Shown here piece after piece: positions 24,151 to 37,272 of a stretch of 64,000 bases of DNA. Each line of letters opens with the position of its first letter. The stretch's first letter is position 1. Location: positions 107,820,001 to 107,884,000 of the forward strand of contig NC_058368.1 of the NCBI RefSeq assembly GCF_018350175.1, read 5' to 3'. The translations under genes and the position numbers were made by a program. The notes under the pieces are model-generated. The model was not told where the DNA came from. It ran no database searches and saw nothing but the letters and a program-made list of their open reading frames with translations. The DNA is from Felis catus (taxonomy: Eukaryota).

Positions 24151-24451
24151 AAATCAATTACTTTAAAAATAACTCCTATTAAGATATTTGCAAATGATAT
24201 ATCCTAAAGGGGTTAATATCCAAAATACATTTTTAAAAACATATATAACTGAACACCAAAAAAATACAAATAATCCAATTTTTAAAATGTGCAGGAGACA
24301 TAAACAGACATTTCTCCAAAGAAGACATGGAGATGATCAACAGGAACATGAAAAGATGCTCAATATCACTAATTGTCAGGGAAATGCAAAGCAAAACCAC
24401 AATAAGATACTACCTCACACTTGTCAGAATAGCTAAAATAAAAAACACAAG

Positions 24452-25648
24452 GTCTATACTACCCAAAGCAATCTACACATTTAATGCAATCCCTATCAAA
24501 ATACCACCAGCATTTTTCACAGAGCTAGAACAATCCTAAGATTTGCACAGAACCACAAAAGACCCCAAATATCCAAAGCAATCCTGAAAAAGAAAAACAA
24601 AACTGGAGGCATCATGATTCCAGACTTCAAGTTACATTACAAAGCTGCAATCATCAAGCCAGTAGGGTACCGGCGCAAAAACAGACACATAGGCCAATGA
24701 AACAGAATAGAAAACCCAGAATTGGACCCACAACTATATGGTCAACTCATCTTCAACCAAGCAGGAAAGAATATCCAATGGAAAAAAGACAGTCTCTTTA
24801 AGAAATGGTGTTCAGAAAACTGGACAGTTACATGCAGAAGAATGAAACTGGACCACTTTCTTGCACCATATACAAAAATAAATTCAAAATGGATTAAAGA
24901 CCTAAATGTGAGATAGGAAACCATCAAAATCCTAGAGGAAAACACAAACAGCAACCTCTTTGATCTCAGCCAGAGCAACTTCTTACTAGACATATCACTG
25001 GAGGCAAGGGAAATGAAAGCAAACATGAACTACTGGGACCTCATCAAGATCAAAACCTTCTGCACAGTGAAGGAGACAATCAACAAAACAGAAAGGCAGC
25101 CTACAGCATGGGAGAAGATATTTATAAACAACATATCTAATAAAGGGTTAGTATCCAAAATCTGTAAAGAAGTTATCAAACTCAACAAAAACAAACAAAA
25201 AATAATCCAGTGAATAAATGGACATAAGACATGAATAAACACTTTTCCAAAGAAGACATCCAGGTGGCTAACAGAAACATGAAAAGTTGCTCAGCATCAC
25301 TCATCATCAGGGAAATACAAATCAAAATCCTGATAGATACCACCTCACATCTGTCAGAATGGCTAAAATTAACAATAACAAAAAACAGGTGTTGACAAGG
25401 ATGCAGACACTGTTGGTGGGAATGCAAACTGGTGCAGCTACTCTGGAAAACAGTATGGAGAACAGTAAGAAAGTAAAAATAGAACTTCCCTATGATCTAT
25501 CACTTGCACTATTATTTATCCAAAGAATACAAAAATACAGATTCGATGTGGTACATGCACCACAATGTTTATAGCAGCATTATCAACAATAATCAAAAGT
25601 GTGGAGATAGCCCATATGTCCATTGACTGATGAATGGATAAAGATGTG

Positions 25649-25710
<62 letters not shown>

Positions 25711-26140
25711 ATATGGTGTGTATTATTACTTAGCGATCAAAAAGAATGAAATCTGGCCATTTGCAATGACATGGATGGAACTAGAATGCATTCTACTAAG
25801 CAAAATAAGTCAATCAGAGAGAGATAAATACCATATGGCTTCCCTTATATGTGGAATATAAGAAACAAACTAGATAAACATATAGGAAGAAGAAGGAAAG
25901 AAGAGAAGGGAGCGAAACAAACCACAAGAGATTCTTAATGATAGAGAACAAACTGAGGGTTGATGGAGGGAGATGGGCAAGGAATGGGCTAGATAGGTGA
26001 TAGTTACTAAGGGTGTCACTTGTAATGACCACTGGGTATTTTATTTAAGTGATGAATCATTGAATTCTATTCCTGAAACCAATATTGAACTGAAATGTTA
26101 ACTAACTAAAATTTAAATTTAAAAAAAAGGTTTAAAAAAA
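24452..26140 (+). mobile_element. 5'-truncated carnivore L1 nested inside another L1
   Basis: Begins at [10 protein letters not shown] and runs to 3'UTR and A-tail; TSD-like AAAAAACACAAG / AAAAAACTGCAAG. Confidence 0.88.
25650..25712. repeat. (TA)n microsatellite with CA units inside L1
   Basis: More than 20 uninterrupted TA units. Confidence 0.95.
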
Positions 26141-26597
26141 ACTGCAAGAAACAAGTGTTGACAAGGTTGTAGAGAAAAAGAAACCCTCATACAGTGTTGG
26201 TGGAAATGCAAACTGGTGCGGCCACTGTGAAAAATAATATGGAACTTCCTCAAAAAATTAAGAATGGAAATACCATGTGATCAGTAACTGAAACTAATAT
26301 AACTCTGTATGTTAATTATACCGGAATTTAAAGAAAAATAAACAATTGTTGTTTGAAACCTTTTTGTAAAAATTTCTAATGCCTATTAATTTTAAGTGTT
26401 TTTATTTTATTTTAAGTATAGAACATTTGGATCTGCTTGTTGCTATAACTTGAGGACAGTAGCAGGAGTCACAGTCATGCTCTCTGTACCATAAGGTTTA
26501 TCTATATACTTCTTTCAATGAGAAAATATTTTTGGCCCTCAGTCCTTTTTCTTCCCTCATTCCACTGGCCTGCTTACTAATTCCCTTCATCCCTATT

Positions 26598-26800
26598 TTT
26601 TTAATGTTTATTTATTTTTGACAGAGAGACAGACAGAGCATGAGTGGGGGAGGGACAGAAAGAGAGGGAGAGCCTGAAACAGGCTCCAGGATCCGAGCTG
26701 TCAGCACAGAGCCTGCCACGGGGCTTGAACTCACAGACAGTGAGATCATGACCTGAGCCAAAGTCAGACTCTCAACCGACTAAGCCACCCAGGCACTCCT
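26598..26800 (-). mobile_element. CanSINE
   Basis: TSD CCTTCATCCCTATT. Confidence 0.93.
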
Positions 26801-26963
26801 CCTTCATCCCTATTAATTGTTTATTCACTGCTTAGTATATGCTAAATACCTGCATTGAAAAGACATAACAATATTCAAGGCAGTTTTAAAGATGTAATTA
26901 CTATTTTATTTTATGACGTTATTTTTCTATATAATGTAGGTTTGTAAAAAATATTCACTTTTA

Positions 26964-27192
26964 GGGGCATCTGGGTGGCTCAGTCGGTTAGGCATCCGAC
27001 TTCAGCTCAGGTCATGATCTCACTGTTGGCGAGTTAAAGCCCTGGGTCAGGCTCTGTTTTGACAGCTCAGAACCTGGAAGATCTGTCTCCCTGTCTCTCT
27101 GCCCCTCCCCCACTAGTGTTCTGTCTCTCTCTGTGTCTCAAAAATGAATAAAAACATTAAAAATTTAAAAACAAATAAACATTAAAAATATT
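26964..27192 (+). mobile_element. CanSINE
   Basis: GGGGCATCTGGGTGGCTCAGTCGG head, CT-rich linker, A tail. Confidence 0.92.
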
Positions 27193-28431
27193 AAACATAC
27201 TCATTTTTAAAGTATCTGCATTAAAAGAAGCATTTAATGTTTGTATATGTATACTAGCCAAAGTTTTAAAAATGATTATTATAAGTGAATATTAGTATTA
27301 GCAGATGTCATTAAGGCACTTGCTTGACTCAGACTTGTCTGTATTTGTCCCCTTCTAGTAACTAACTGCTACTTTTCCATATAAGGAACTGTACATATTT
27401 TTTTTAGCAAAGTGGCTAGAACTTGTCTGGTTCCTAAGGGCTTACTCATGCTCAGTCTCTCTTTGGGTTGTCATTGTCTCCTAAATGTCTGGGTCAGTCT
27501 ACTGGGAAGGATAAGGAGCATATTTCTTGAAAATCTCTTTAGATTTTGTCTCTCTTCCTTCTTTCCATGGGCACCATCTAAAATATTACATTTTATACAT
27601 TCCAGGCCTCACTTCTTCTCTTTGAAATAATTGAAATAAAGCCTTGAAATAAATTAAGCACATCTGTACTGACCTCAAAGATAATGTTGTGACCAGAGGT
27701 CAATGCTGAAACTAATTTTTTTTTAGTTAAAAAAGAAGAAGAAGAAAAGGAATCACATACACACACCCTTTTCCCCTTGAGACATTCTTAGGAACTTGTT
27801 CCAAACTGATGCCCTTCTGTGGAGATTAATTAAGCGGTCTTCTTTAACTGATGTTCAACCATAGTTGTATATTAAATTTAAATTACTTGAGAGGAGAGCT
27901 ATGTTTCTTAAACCATTAATAACCACAACTTGAGTTTTAATTCTAAAGCTACAGAACTCGTATTTCTCCAGTGTTATCATTTTAAGCACCTAAGAAACCA
28001 AAGGTTTTTAAAAGTTGTTTTCTTCTCATTTCTTAAGTATAACTGGTCTACCCCTCCCCTCATGTTAGTAGGGATGCACAGAGGATTTTAGCTTTCACGG
28101 TTTGCTTTGGATTCCACTAGTGAATTTGTTTAAAAAAAATCTTTTTTTGTCTTTTGCAAACTTCTCGTGGATCTACCCAGTTGAATGAAATGTCAAACAA
28201 TAATTAGACAAAATGGTAGCTTAGATCTACAAGCTAAGCACATGTATTCTGATAAGACTACATGTTACAAGGTTACATTTTGCGTGGACATTAGCAGAAC
28301 CCTAGTGCCTTCTAGTGTTCACCTTCATTTAATAACATGGATAGTTTTTGCTGCTTCCAACAATCCCTGATTCAGTCTTTTCTTCTTTTAAGTTGCCCAG
28401 ATGCCTAATTAACATTGTTAGCTCTCCCTTT

Positions 28432-28642
28432 TCTTTTTTTTAAATTTTTTTTAATGTTTATTTATTTTTGAGAGAGCAAGATACAGAGCGTGAGTGGGGG
28501 AGGGGCACAAAGAAGGAGACAGAATCTGAAGCAGGCTCCAGGCTCTGAGCACAGAGCCTGACGCAGGGCTCAAACTCACGAACTGTAAAATCATGACCTG
28601 AGCTGAAGTTGGATGCTCACCCAACTGAGTCACCCAGATTGC
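28432..28642 (-). mobile_element. CanSINE
   Basis: TSD GTTAGCTCTCCCTTTT / GTTAGCTTTCCTTTTT. Confidence 0.9.
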
Positions 28643-28719
28643 GGTTAGCTTTCCTTTTTCTATGCACACACTGATAGCTTCCTACTGCATGTGGTTTTTA
28701 CTTTCCTTTAGAGGGCTTT

Positions 28720-29064
28720 CCTTGATGTGTTTGGCTCTTGCCTGAGGCAGGTCAGAGTGCTGGAAGTTGATGCTCCAAGAGCAGCTCTCAGCTAATGAGA
28801 GAGGGAGTTGGATAATAAATGGTGGCTACCTCATCCTTCGTATGTTATAACTTTGTGGAATTATCTCTTCACTCCAAGGTTGCCAGTGGGTGGTCCTCAG
28901 TTTCCCACAGTGGTCACCTGCACATCATCTTACTCCACGTTGCTTCCCTTCCATTCCCTGTCTCCTTTTACCACTCCCCTGCAGTCCTGCTAAGATCAGC
29001 TCCCTAAGAAACCACTTGCACTCAAATCTCGGGGTCTGTTTTGGGGGAAACTCATTTTAAGTCA
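28720..29064 (+). mobile_element. ERVL solo LTR (LTR16-like)
   Basis: 3' end AAACCACTTGCACTCAAATC..GGGGTCTGTTTTGGGGGAAAC..TAAGTCA. Confidence 0.7.
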
Positions 29065-29082
29065 CCAGTTTCTGTGGGTTAC

Positions 29083-29350
29083 TTTTTTCTAGTTTTGTTG
29101 AGAAATAGTGGACATACATCACTGTATAAGTTTAAATCATGCAGCATGATGGCTTGATTTACAAATATTGTGAAATGGTTATCACAGTAGGTTCAGCTAA
29201 CATCCATCTTCTCATATAGATACAATAAAAAGAAAAGAAAGAAAAGGAAAAAAATTGTTTCTTGTGATGAGAACTCTTATGATTTATTCTCTTAACAGCT
29301 CCTGTATATCATACAGCAATGTCAGCTATAGTCATCATGTTGTACGTTGT
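29083..29350 (-). mobile_element. L1MA9-like 3' end
   Basis: TTTTGTTGAGAAATAGTGGACATACATCACTGTATAAG...CTCATATAGATACAATAAAAAG. Confidence 0.7.
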
Positions 29351-30052
29351 AGTTAATGAGTTGCTTTTGAGAATGCTCAGTACATTTCAGTCAGAATCTA
29401 CAGAATTAAAAACAAATGCTCATTTTAGAATAATAGTGTTGGATTTGAAACAGATATGTGTTTTGCTTTTGCCGGATTGATTTCTTTTAAGTACTGTCTT
29501 GCTGGAGTTCTCATTCTGCTGCTGTGGAATGTAAATTAACCCTAGCGTAGCCTGCTACTTTGGGGCTGTAGGTGTTAAAATGGTTATATTTGGGATCCTT
29601 GCATATTCATGCCTCTGGGTTCTTGTGGACAAAAAAAATGGTGCATTTGATTTGACCTCTCTGCGAATTGAAGCCCCAAAACACAAGAGTCACAACACAC
29701 CCATAGACAATTTAAAATGAATGCATAGTACAATACTTAATAGCATTTATGGTTGAAGACCATTGAAGACTATTTTCTACTTCTGAAAACTCTGACACTC
29801 TCTATAATCTTGTAATGTGAGTAAGCAAATGGTGTTTCTAATTCCTAATTCATACAGTGCAAGCCCTGAGCTGTGGACAAACCAGAATTTCTTACCTGGT
29901 CCTCCAAAAAGTAGCAAAGGGCACAATTCAGATATGTAGGAAATTAATTTCTATCACTTACATCATGTTGCTTAACAGCCCCCTTTTCCATTCAGTAGCA
30001 AACACTTAACAATCGCCAAAACAAAATAGCCCATTCAAGATTATTCAGGGGG

Positions 30053-30056
<4 letters not shown>

Positions 30057-30106
<50 letters not shown>
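30057..30106. repeat. (GT)25 microsatellite
   Basis: Perfect dinucleotide run. Confidence 0.97.
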
Positions 30107-30109
<3 letters not shown>

Positions 30110-30420
30110 GTTTTGGTTTTTTTAATGTGAAAGACTTTCCTTTGGGAAGAGGGTACTTGGTATTTCAAGGCGTCTTTCCCATCATCTGCCCCTTCTCCCT
30201 CAGAGGCTTCTTGGCACAAGGGGGAGTTCACATCACTTTGTAATGGTAGGCAAGGAAGTGTCTAGATCTCTTGATAGCTCTCACCAACTTCAGTTTGGGG
30301 TGTAGCAGTTTAGTATTTGTTTGAATGGCTGCACCTCTGAGACTCAGTGCATTTTCCATTTGCCCTCCAGCTCTTTCCATTTCCTCTCCCCTCAAACCAC
30401 TGGAAGGCAAGTTGCTTCCC

Positions 30421-30626
30421 TTTTTTTAATGTTTATTTATTTATTTTGAGACAGGGCATGAGCAGGGGAGAGGCAGAGAGAGAGGGGGAGAGAGAGAATC
30501 CCAAGCAGGCTCTGCACTGTCAGCACAAAGCCTGACACCAGGCTTGAACTCACAAAATGTGAGATGGTGATTTGAGCCAAATCCAAGAGTCAGATGCTTA
30601 ACCAAGTAAGCCACCCTAGTGCCCCT
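30421..30626 (-). mobile_element. CanSINE
   Basis: TSD GGAAGGCAAGTTGCT / GGATGGCAAGTTGCT. Confidence 0.92.
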
Positions 30627-30790
30627 GGATGGCAAGTTGCTCCTTAATTCTTAGCTACCTGCCCACTCTCCCATCTTGCCCCCACTCCCAGCCCCAGTTC
30701 ACCCAGAGAGCCTTTTAGTTCTAAACCTCTTAACGTGCCACATGGTGGCAAGGGTGTGGAAGCCACCTGTGTGTAAACATGTCGCACACT

Positions 30791-30900
30791 GGGGCACCTG
30801 GGTGGCTCAGTCAGTTAAGTATCTGACCCTTGGTTTCGGCTCAGGTCATGATCTCATGGTTTGTGAGGTCAAGCCCCACATCAGGCTCTGCACTGACAGA
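30791..30900 (+). mobile_element. CanSINE, 3' half missing
   Basis: Intact head to CTCTGCACTGACAG, then unrelated sequence; no tail or TSD. Confidence 0.85.
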
Positions 30901-32200
30901 ACCTGTCCTAGACTGTGTCTGCTCTTCTGTGCCCATGCCAATGGCTACAAGATACCTCTGGGGCATTCTCTGGCTATAGCCGAAATGGGAAAGAAGGATT
31001 TGTTCCCACTGCTTTTCACTTCCTGCTATCTCATTCTGTCTCCTATCTTTGGTCCAGGGTAGTATGGGTATCTGACATCACCTCAGGGATCTAGGCAGAG
31101 TTACCCTAATTTTATCTCCTCCAGAGCTGTCAGCGTCCTGTCTGCAGTAGGATGGCTTCTTCTTGCTGTGTGTCAGAGCCTTCCCTGGCAGCCTTCCTCC
31201 TCTGTGCCCTGAGGCTGACAGTAAAAACCCAGGCTCTGACTCTCTTGTTTAGCTTTTTCAGTGTAAAAAGAATATTTTGAAATTTAGAAAACATATTACT
31301 CCCCGAAAAGCTTGGTTCACAAGACTATCATCTAGCTATAAACTCAGGAATAATTTAGTCTGAAGCTCAGAATTGAATAATGTCTCACTTGTTCTAGGAA
31401 ATATCTGAAGTAATGAGTATTACTCATCTAATGGGTGGGGAGTCATAGAGAAGTGGATTTATGGTAAATAAAAAAATACATTGGTTTAATATTTTCAAAA
31501 GCATTATCCCTTTTAAAATGTTACTTTGAACAGTGTGTCTTAAAATAGACTTTTATTCACATATTCATTGATGAATAACCCAAATAAAGCAGAGTATGTG
31601 AGGCTAAAGATCCTTCACTTTATAGGGTTATACATTGTATAAATTTTCTGAATAAGAAATGCCAAATTATATTCCTTTCTGCTTGTCTGATTTTTATTAC
31701 TTCTGAGTATAGTACACAAATTCATTGAAGTTTGACCTTGAAAAATTAAAAGAACATCATTTTTTATGAGCACTACCTTCACCCACAATTACAGTGGTAA
31801 CTCTCTAGTCATGGTCAAAACAAGATGTGTAACCAAAACACAAGAGGGCACAAATCCTGAAATGTCATCCTCTGTTAATACATGTATCTACACCAGTACT
31901 TTCATGTTAATCTCCCCCAGAAATGGGTGTTGTTTATCTTAGATCTGCAAATACTTACGCACTCCACTATTTCTTTCAGCCTGACTCACTGCTTCTGGAA
32001 TGAGAAATGAGGAAGTCAGAATTGGTCTGCCTCACAATTGCTGTGTGGATGGAGTAAGGTAATTTTTGTGAAGGTTTATACCCCAGTGGATGCCTGCAGT
32101 CTGATGAGACAAACATTTGACAAGGAGCTCACATTTTTTTTGAGCACCTCCGATCTGCTGAATGCTTTCAGAGAAGAGAGAGAAAGATTTCGTATATCCT

Positions 32201-32415
32201 TTTTAAAAAATTTTTTTTAAACTTTTATTCATTTTTGAGAGACAGAGAGAGACAGAGCATGAGCAGGGAAGGGGCAGAGAGAGGGAGACAGAGAATCTGA
32301 AGCAGGCTCCAGGCTCTGAGCTCCAGAGCCCCACGCGAAGCTTGAACTCATGAACTGTGAGGTCATGACCTGAGCTGAAGTCAGACGCTCAACCGACTGA
32401 GCCACCCAGGCACCC
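32201..32415 (-). mobile_element. CanSINE
   Basis: TSD core TATATCCTT. Confidence 0.92.
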
Positions 32416-32489
32416 CTCTTATATCCTTAAAGACCAACTATCCTTTTTTACTGAGAAGGCTGAAAATATAAATGGAGTGGAAGCAGAGA

Positions 32490-32712
32490 GCTATCATTCA
32501 TTATCTGACCATCTATTACACAGGTGCTATGCATACCTCATGTTATTTAATCCCCAGAGCAATCCCACAACAATCTCATTTTCAGATGAGCCATCTGAGA
32601 CCCACAGGAATTAATAGACTTCTCAGGACCCCATAAGTGGTAACTGGCATACACTGGGGCTAGAACCCATATCCATTTGGTTCTAAATCTCTGACCTTTT
32701 ATACTACACCAA
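32490..32712 (-). mobile_element. MIR
   Basis: CTCATTTTCAGATGAG..CTGAGACCCACAG..AATAGACTT core. Confidence 0.7.
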
Positions 32713-33357
32713 AATGAATGTAAACATGCATTTGCATTTTCTCATTTTGGCTATGTAGGGATTTTTTTCTAACAGGTCAGTTCATCAAGATGATTCCGTA
32801 GTTCAAGGAGGCACCAAGATGTTTGTTGACAGTTAGAACATGAAGAGACTACCTGAGAATAGGAACTTAATGTCCCAGAATAAAGTCCTGACAAATTGCA
32901 ACTAATAACTAACTGAGAAATCTTAGAAGCTTAACATAAGTGTAAGAATTTACTTTTTTTTTCTCTAGATTATTATGGCACATCTGACATTCTTTGGTAT
33001 TTTACATAGTACATTATCTATTTTGTGCTCGCTAATTTGCAACACTCAGAGCTTATTATGCCTGGACCATTGCCCAGCACAAACTCGGTTTTTTGTATGC
33101 ATTGGCAATGCAGAAACTATAGATATGCCTTAAAAGTACTAACAGAGATGAGTATTTCCACATCTGACTACTATTTTCAGTTTGAGTATCTAAATATGAT
33201 TTATAATCTGCTAATTCAATGAATAAACCATTAATTCATAAACGATACATTTTCTGATTAGAGCAGAGAGATGCCACAGGCCTGGGGAAGTGAGTAGGAT
33301 TTCAGTCTCGTCCATAACTCTTTTATTTAGAACTGATTTAAAGGTTATTTAGGGCTG

Positions 33358-33575
33358 AGGTGCCTGGGTGGCTCAATTGGTTGGGCATCTGACTTCAGCT
33401 CAGGTCATGATCTTGGAATTCGTGGGTCCAAGCCCTGCGTGGGCTCTGTGCTGACAACTCAGAGCCTGGAGTCTGCTTCAGATTCTGTGTCTCCCTTTCT
33501 CTCTGCCCCTTGCCTGCTGGTGCTTTGTCTCTCTCTCTCTCAAAAGTGAATAAACATTTAAAAAAATAAATAAAT
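33358..33575 (+). mobile_element. CanSINE
   Basis: TSD AAAGGTTATTTAGGGCT / AAAGCTTATTTAGGGCT. Confidence 0.93.
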
Positions 33576-34413
33576 AAAGCTTATTTAGGGCTAATTTGGA
33601 AATTTAAGGAGGCTTAAGGAAAGATTTTTCCTCTTCACTATTTTCCATTTAGATTGGAAATGATGTATTGAGGCAGATAAGCTTCATGTCAGAAGATGAT
33701 GGGAGCAGAAAGTTAAGTAGAGAAGGAAAATGAGGAGAGTAGTGGGAGAAGAAATATACCCTGACAATCAATCCTACCTCAGACTAAGGAAAAACACTTT
33801 ATATGGCAGCTACATCAGGCATCCCTCCACCTACCCTGACCCAAGAAAAACAAAAAGAGGAGAGAAAAATCCAAAAGAAAAAAAAAAAACATTATAATGC
33901 CCTCAACTTTTCTTTGCCATTCAGAAAGTGTTTTGGAGTGCCATTCAGCTGTACATTGGTGATTTTCCCCTGAGTTCCTCACTTTAGCAGCCCCCAAAAG
34001 ATAGTATGTTTCTCTGTGTACATATCTAGGTCTGGGGTGGCATCTGGAAGAGGAGAATTACCCTTCAGGTTTATAACCTTCTTTGCAGCTTTTCTGGAAA
34101 TTAACTTAGCTTTATTTACACCTGCCTTCAAAAAATAAACACTCAAGCAGCCCTGATGGCAATAAACCAGATGGAATCAATAATTTACATATCTCCAGAG
34201 GAGTCTGTCAAGAATCAAAAGCAAAAGAAATGATTGACTATTTTACAGAAATTACTTTATTTTAACAGAGTTGAGACATCCATTCTTTGACTGAATTTAA
34301 CTGATTCTATATTTGCCTTCAATTAATACTACTGAGAACCAGCACAGCATTGTTTCTTGAAAAAAGAAAGAGAAATGAGGCAGTGTGGGTGGGAAAGGAA
34401 CAAAAAGAAAAAA

Positions 34414-34524
34414 AGGGGGGGGGACCTGGCTGGCTCAAGTGAGTGGAGCATGCAACTCTTAATTCTCAGGGTCATGAATTTGAGCCCCACACTGGGTGTA
34501 GGGATTGCTTAAAAAAAGAAAAAG
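34414..34524 (+). mobile_element. Short tRNA-Lys(CTT)-like CanSINE (old/short type)
   Basis: Collinear with tRNA-Lys-CTT (GAGCATG..ACTCTTAAT.CTCAGGGTC..GAGCCCCAC..TGGG), no CT-rich linker, A tail. Confidence 0.8.
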
Positions 34525-34525
34525 A

Positions 34526-34770
34526 GGGGCACCTGGGTGGTTCAGTTGGTTAAGCAGCTCACTCTTGATTTCAGCTCAGGTGATGATCTCATGGTTTGGT
34601 TCCATGGGATGTAGCCCCACATCGGGCTTTGTGTTGATGGAAGAGTCTGCTTGGGATTCTCTCCCTTTCTCTCTGCCCCTCCCCCACATATGCATGCCAG
34701 CTCCTTCCATCTCTCTCTCAAAATGAATAAGTAAACTTTTTAAAAAAAGAAAGAAAGAAAAATCAAAAAG
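34526..34770 (+). mobile_element. CanSINE inserted in the tail of the preceding SINE
   Basis: Full head, linker and tail immediately after the A-rich tail of 34414-34524. Confidence 0.9.
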
Positions 34771-35929
34771 AAAAACTTAATAGAGTAAAAAGAATTTACT
34801 CAAGCTGAGTCCTTTCCTTGCCAGGAAATTTTCCAATCCCTGTGACTTAATTTCTTTGATCTATTTACTTTAAACACCCAGATAAAATAACACACGTTCC
34901 CCCGTCGCCCCCATAAGTATATAAATATGGCCATTTAACTTCTCCATGTTGTGCTCTAAATAATGGATTTTATTCATAAACATGCCTACAACTGAGCTAT
35001 TTAGAAAGGTAGTTACAGATGTGTTATGATCAGTGTTGGAAAACTATCTCCTGCTTTGCGGAAAGTATAGATCCTCATCCTCCTTCAGCAGAGTCACTGT
35101 TTCCTTTCTTTCTCTCTTCATTTCCTGTGCTTTATCAGCTTCACTCCCAAACCCTTAAGTGATGTTTCCCCAACCATAAAGTCATCCTTCTCAGGAGGAG
35201 GAGGAACATGTGTCCATCCACCACTCTCATTTTCATGTTGAATTTCTGTGGGTTTCTGCTGTTATGCCTCCACGTACACTCATAGGGAATAGTTCTTCAT
35301 ATTCAGTTATCCTATAAATTTAATCTCTGGATTTACACTATATTTTACCAAGAATCAGGACACCATTCTTTGTATTTAGGTATTTTATTGTATTTAAAGA
35401 TTATTTCTTTTTCACCTACCTTTAATAAAATTCATCACATCAGTAGAGAATACAGTTGATAATAATAGTAATTTTTTTTCTTTTCCTGCCTGCATAGTTT
35501 TCTTAAAGGGAAACAGCTTCAAGACTATGTAATAGCTTTAAAAACAAACAGCTGAATTTGCAAAAGTTTGGTTTTCACATCTGTGCTTCCCTCATGACCG
35601 CTATACTGATTCTAACTCTTCCCTGAATACAAACTCCAGCCATTTCTTCTTTAAGTTCACCATGTTTGATCAAGTTCACAGATCCATTTTAGGATAGTGA
35701 GTCATGAAATAAACTGAGTTTCCACTGAGAGAATAAAGTCTGTAGAGTCATAAGCCATTGACCTTAATCAGAATTCATTTGAGATATGTTTAGGTATATC
35801 ATAAAATAATAAATCAGTAAATCCAAACAAGGCAGAAACAAACATAAGGGAAAGGGAACAAATTAAAAGTAGGACAGATAAAAAGCAAATAGCAAGATAG
35901 TATATTTAAACCCACTTTGAGTTGCCCCT

Positions 35930-36650
35930 GCATACCCACTTGAATGGTTAACATTAAAAGGACGGAGAATACAAAGTGTTGGCAAAGATATGGGACGACT
36001 GAAACTCCCATTTATTGCTCGTCAGAGTGCACAATGATACTTCAAGAGGGATCATTGGAGCCACTTAGAGAAGCCTGACAGTTTATTCAAATGTTGAACA
36101 TATACTTACCATATGACTCAGCAATTCTATCCCTTATTGTTTACCTACGAAAAATCAAAACATTTTGACAGACTTGTACTCAAATGTTTTAGCAGCTTTA
36201 TTAATAAACTTTATCCCAAACTTGAGATAATCCAAATGCCGTCAGATGGTGAATGGATAAACATACTTTGACATATTCATACATTATAATACTACTCAGC
36301 AATGTAAAGGAACCAACAATGGATACATGTAGCAACATGGATGAATGTTGGAAGTATCATGCTAAGTGAAAGAAACTGTAAAGACTACACATGGTATGAT
36401 TCCATTGTATAAGCTTTTAGAAAAGACTACAGTGAAAGAACAATTAGTACCTGTTACTGGTTTGGGTGATAGGAGTGGACTGACCACAAAGGGGAACAAA
36501 GGAACTTTTCAGAGTGATGGAAATATTCCATATCATGACTGTAATGGCACTTACCATTGTATATACTTGTCAAAACTTATTTCAGTATATGCTTAATATT
36601 GTTGAATTTTGCATGTAAATTACACCTCTATAAAGCTGACAAAAAATAGT
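35930..36650 (+). mobile_element. Old L1M 3' end
   Basis: CCATATGACTCAGCAATTC, ATGGATGAATGTTGG..ATGCTAAGTGAAAG, TGTAAATTACACCTCTATAAAGCTG. Confidence 0.75.
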
Positions 36651-37049
36651 TGAGTTAGATTGTATTGATCAAAATGAGAATATATTTATTTTAAAAAAGG
36701 AGAATATATTATATATATTATGAAGAAAGAAGGAACAGTATTAGGGCCAGGGAGAGAGGGAGAGTGAGAAATAAGATATGAAAGAATATAGTCAGGACAG
36801 TAGAATGCTTTGCTTTATTGCAGTCACAAAGCTGAGTCCATTTAAGAACACAGTAGTTTTGTCACATAGTATTCAGGCCTCTCAATAAAGCCTAAAATTT
36901 AGAATGTACCACTCCTGATGGGATATATTTTGTAATAATGAGATAAAAATGAGAAACTATTTGGAAACAATATATATGATAATGAGACACAGAATTAAAT
37001 ATGGTTCCATCTGTTTGTTTTGAAAAGATTTGGGGAGAAGTTTTGTTTT

Positions 37050-37272
37050 GTTTTGAGATATTAAAAAAATTTATGATTGACATACAAAAGGCTGTATATA
37101 CTTAAGTTATAGATACAACTTAAAGAGTTTAGACATAAGTGTACATCATGAAATTATCAATTCAATAAACATATCCATTACCTCCAAAAGTTTCCATCCA
37201 CCCTATTTATGTATTTTATTATGATAAAATACTTAACATAAGATATACCTTCTTTACAAATTTTTAAGTATG
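37050..37272 (-). mobile_element. L1MA-type 3' end fragment
   Basis: ATGATTGACATACAAAAGGCTGTATATA...CATATCCATTACCTCCAAAAGTTTCC. Confidence 0.6.

Larger units (their letters stand above)
24181..26342 (+). mobile_element. Outer older L1 3' fragment (24181-24451 and ~26141-26342) with internal deletion
   Basis: ORF2 C-terminal sequence resumes in register (RNKC-type codons) after the nested L1, then jumps at ~26288 to the extreme 3' end. Confidence 0.75.

Noticed and set aside
32760..33295. Acceptor-like sites at 32775 and 32968 with a donor at ~33290
   Set aside because: No convincing exon pairing or open frame; such signals are common in T-rich DNA.
34420..34500. Functional tRNA-Lys gene
   Set aside because: Indels and mismatches in stems and B-box, followed by a SINE-type 3' segment and A tail.
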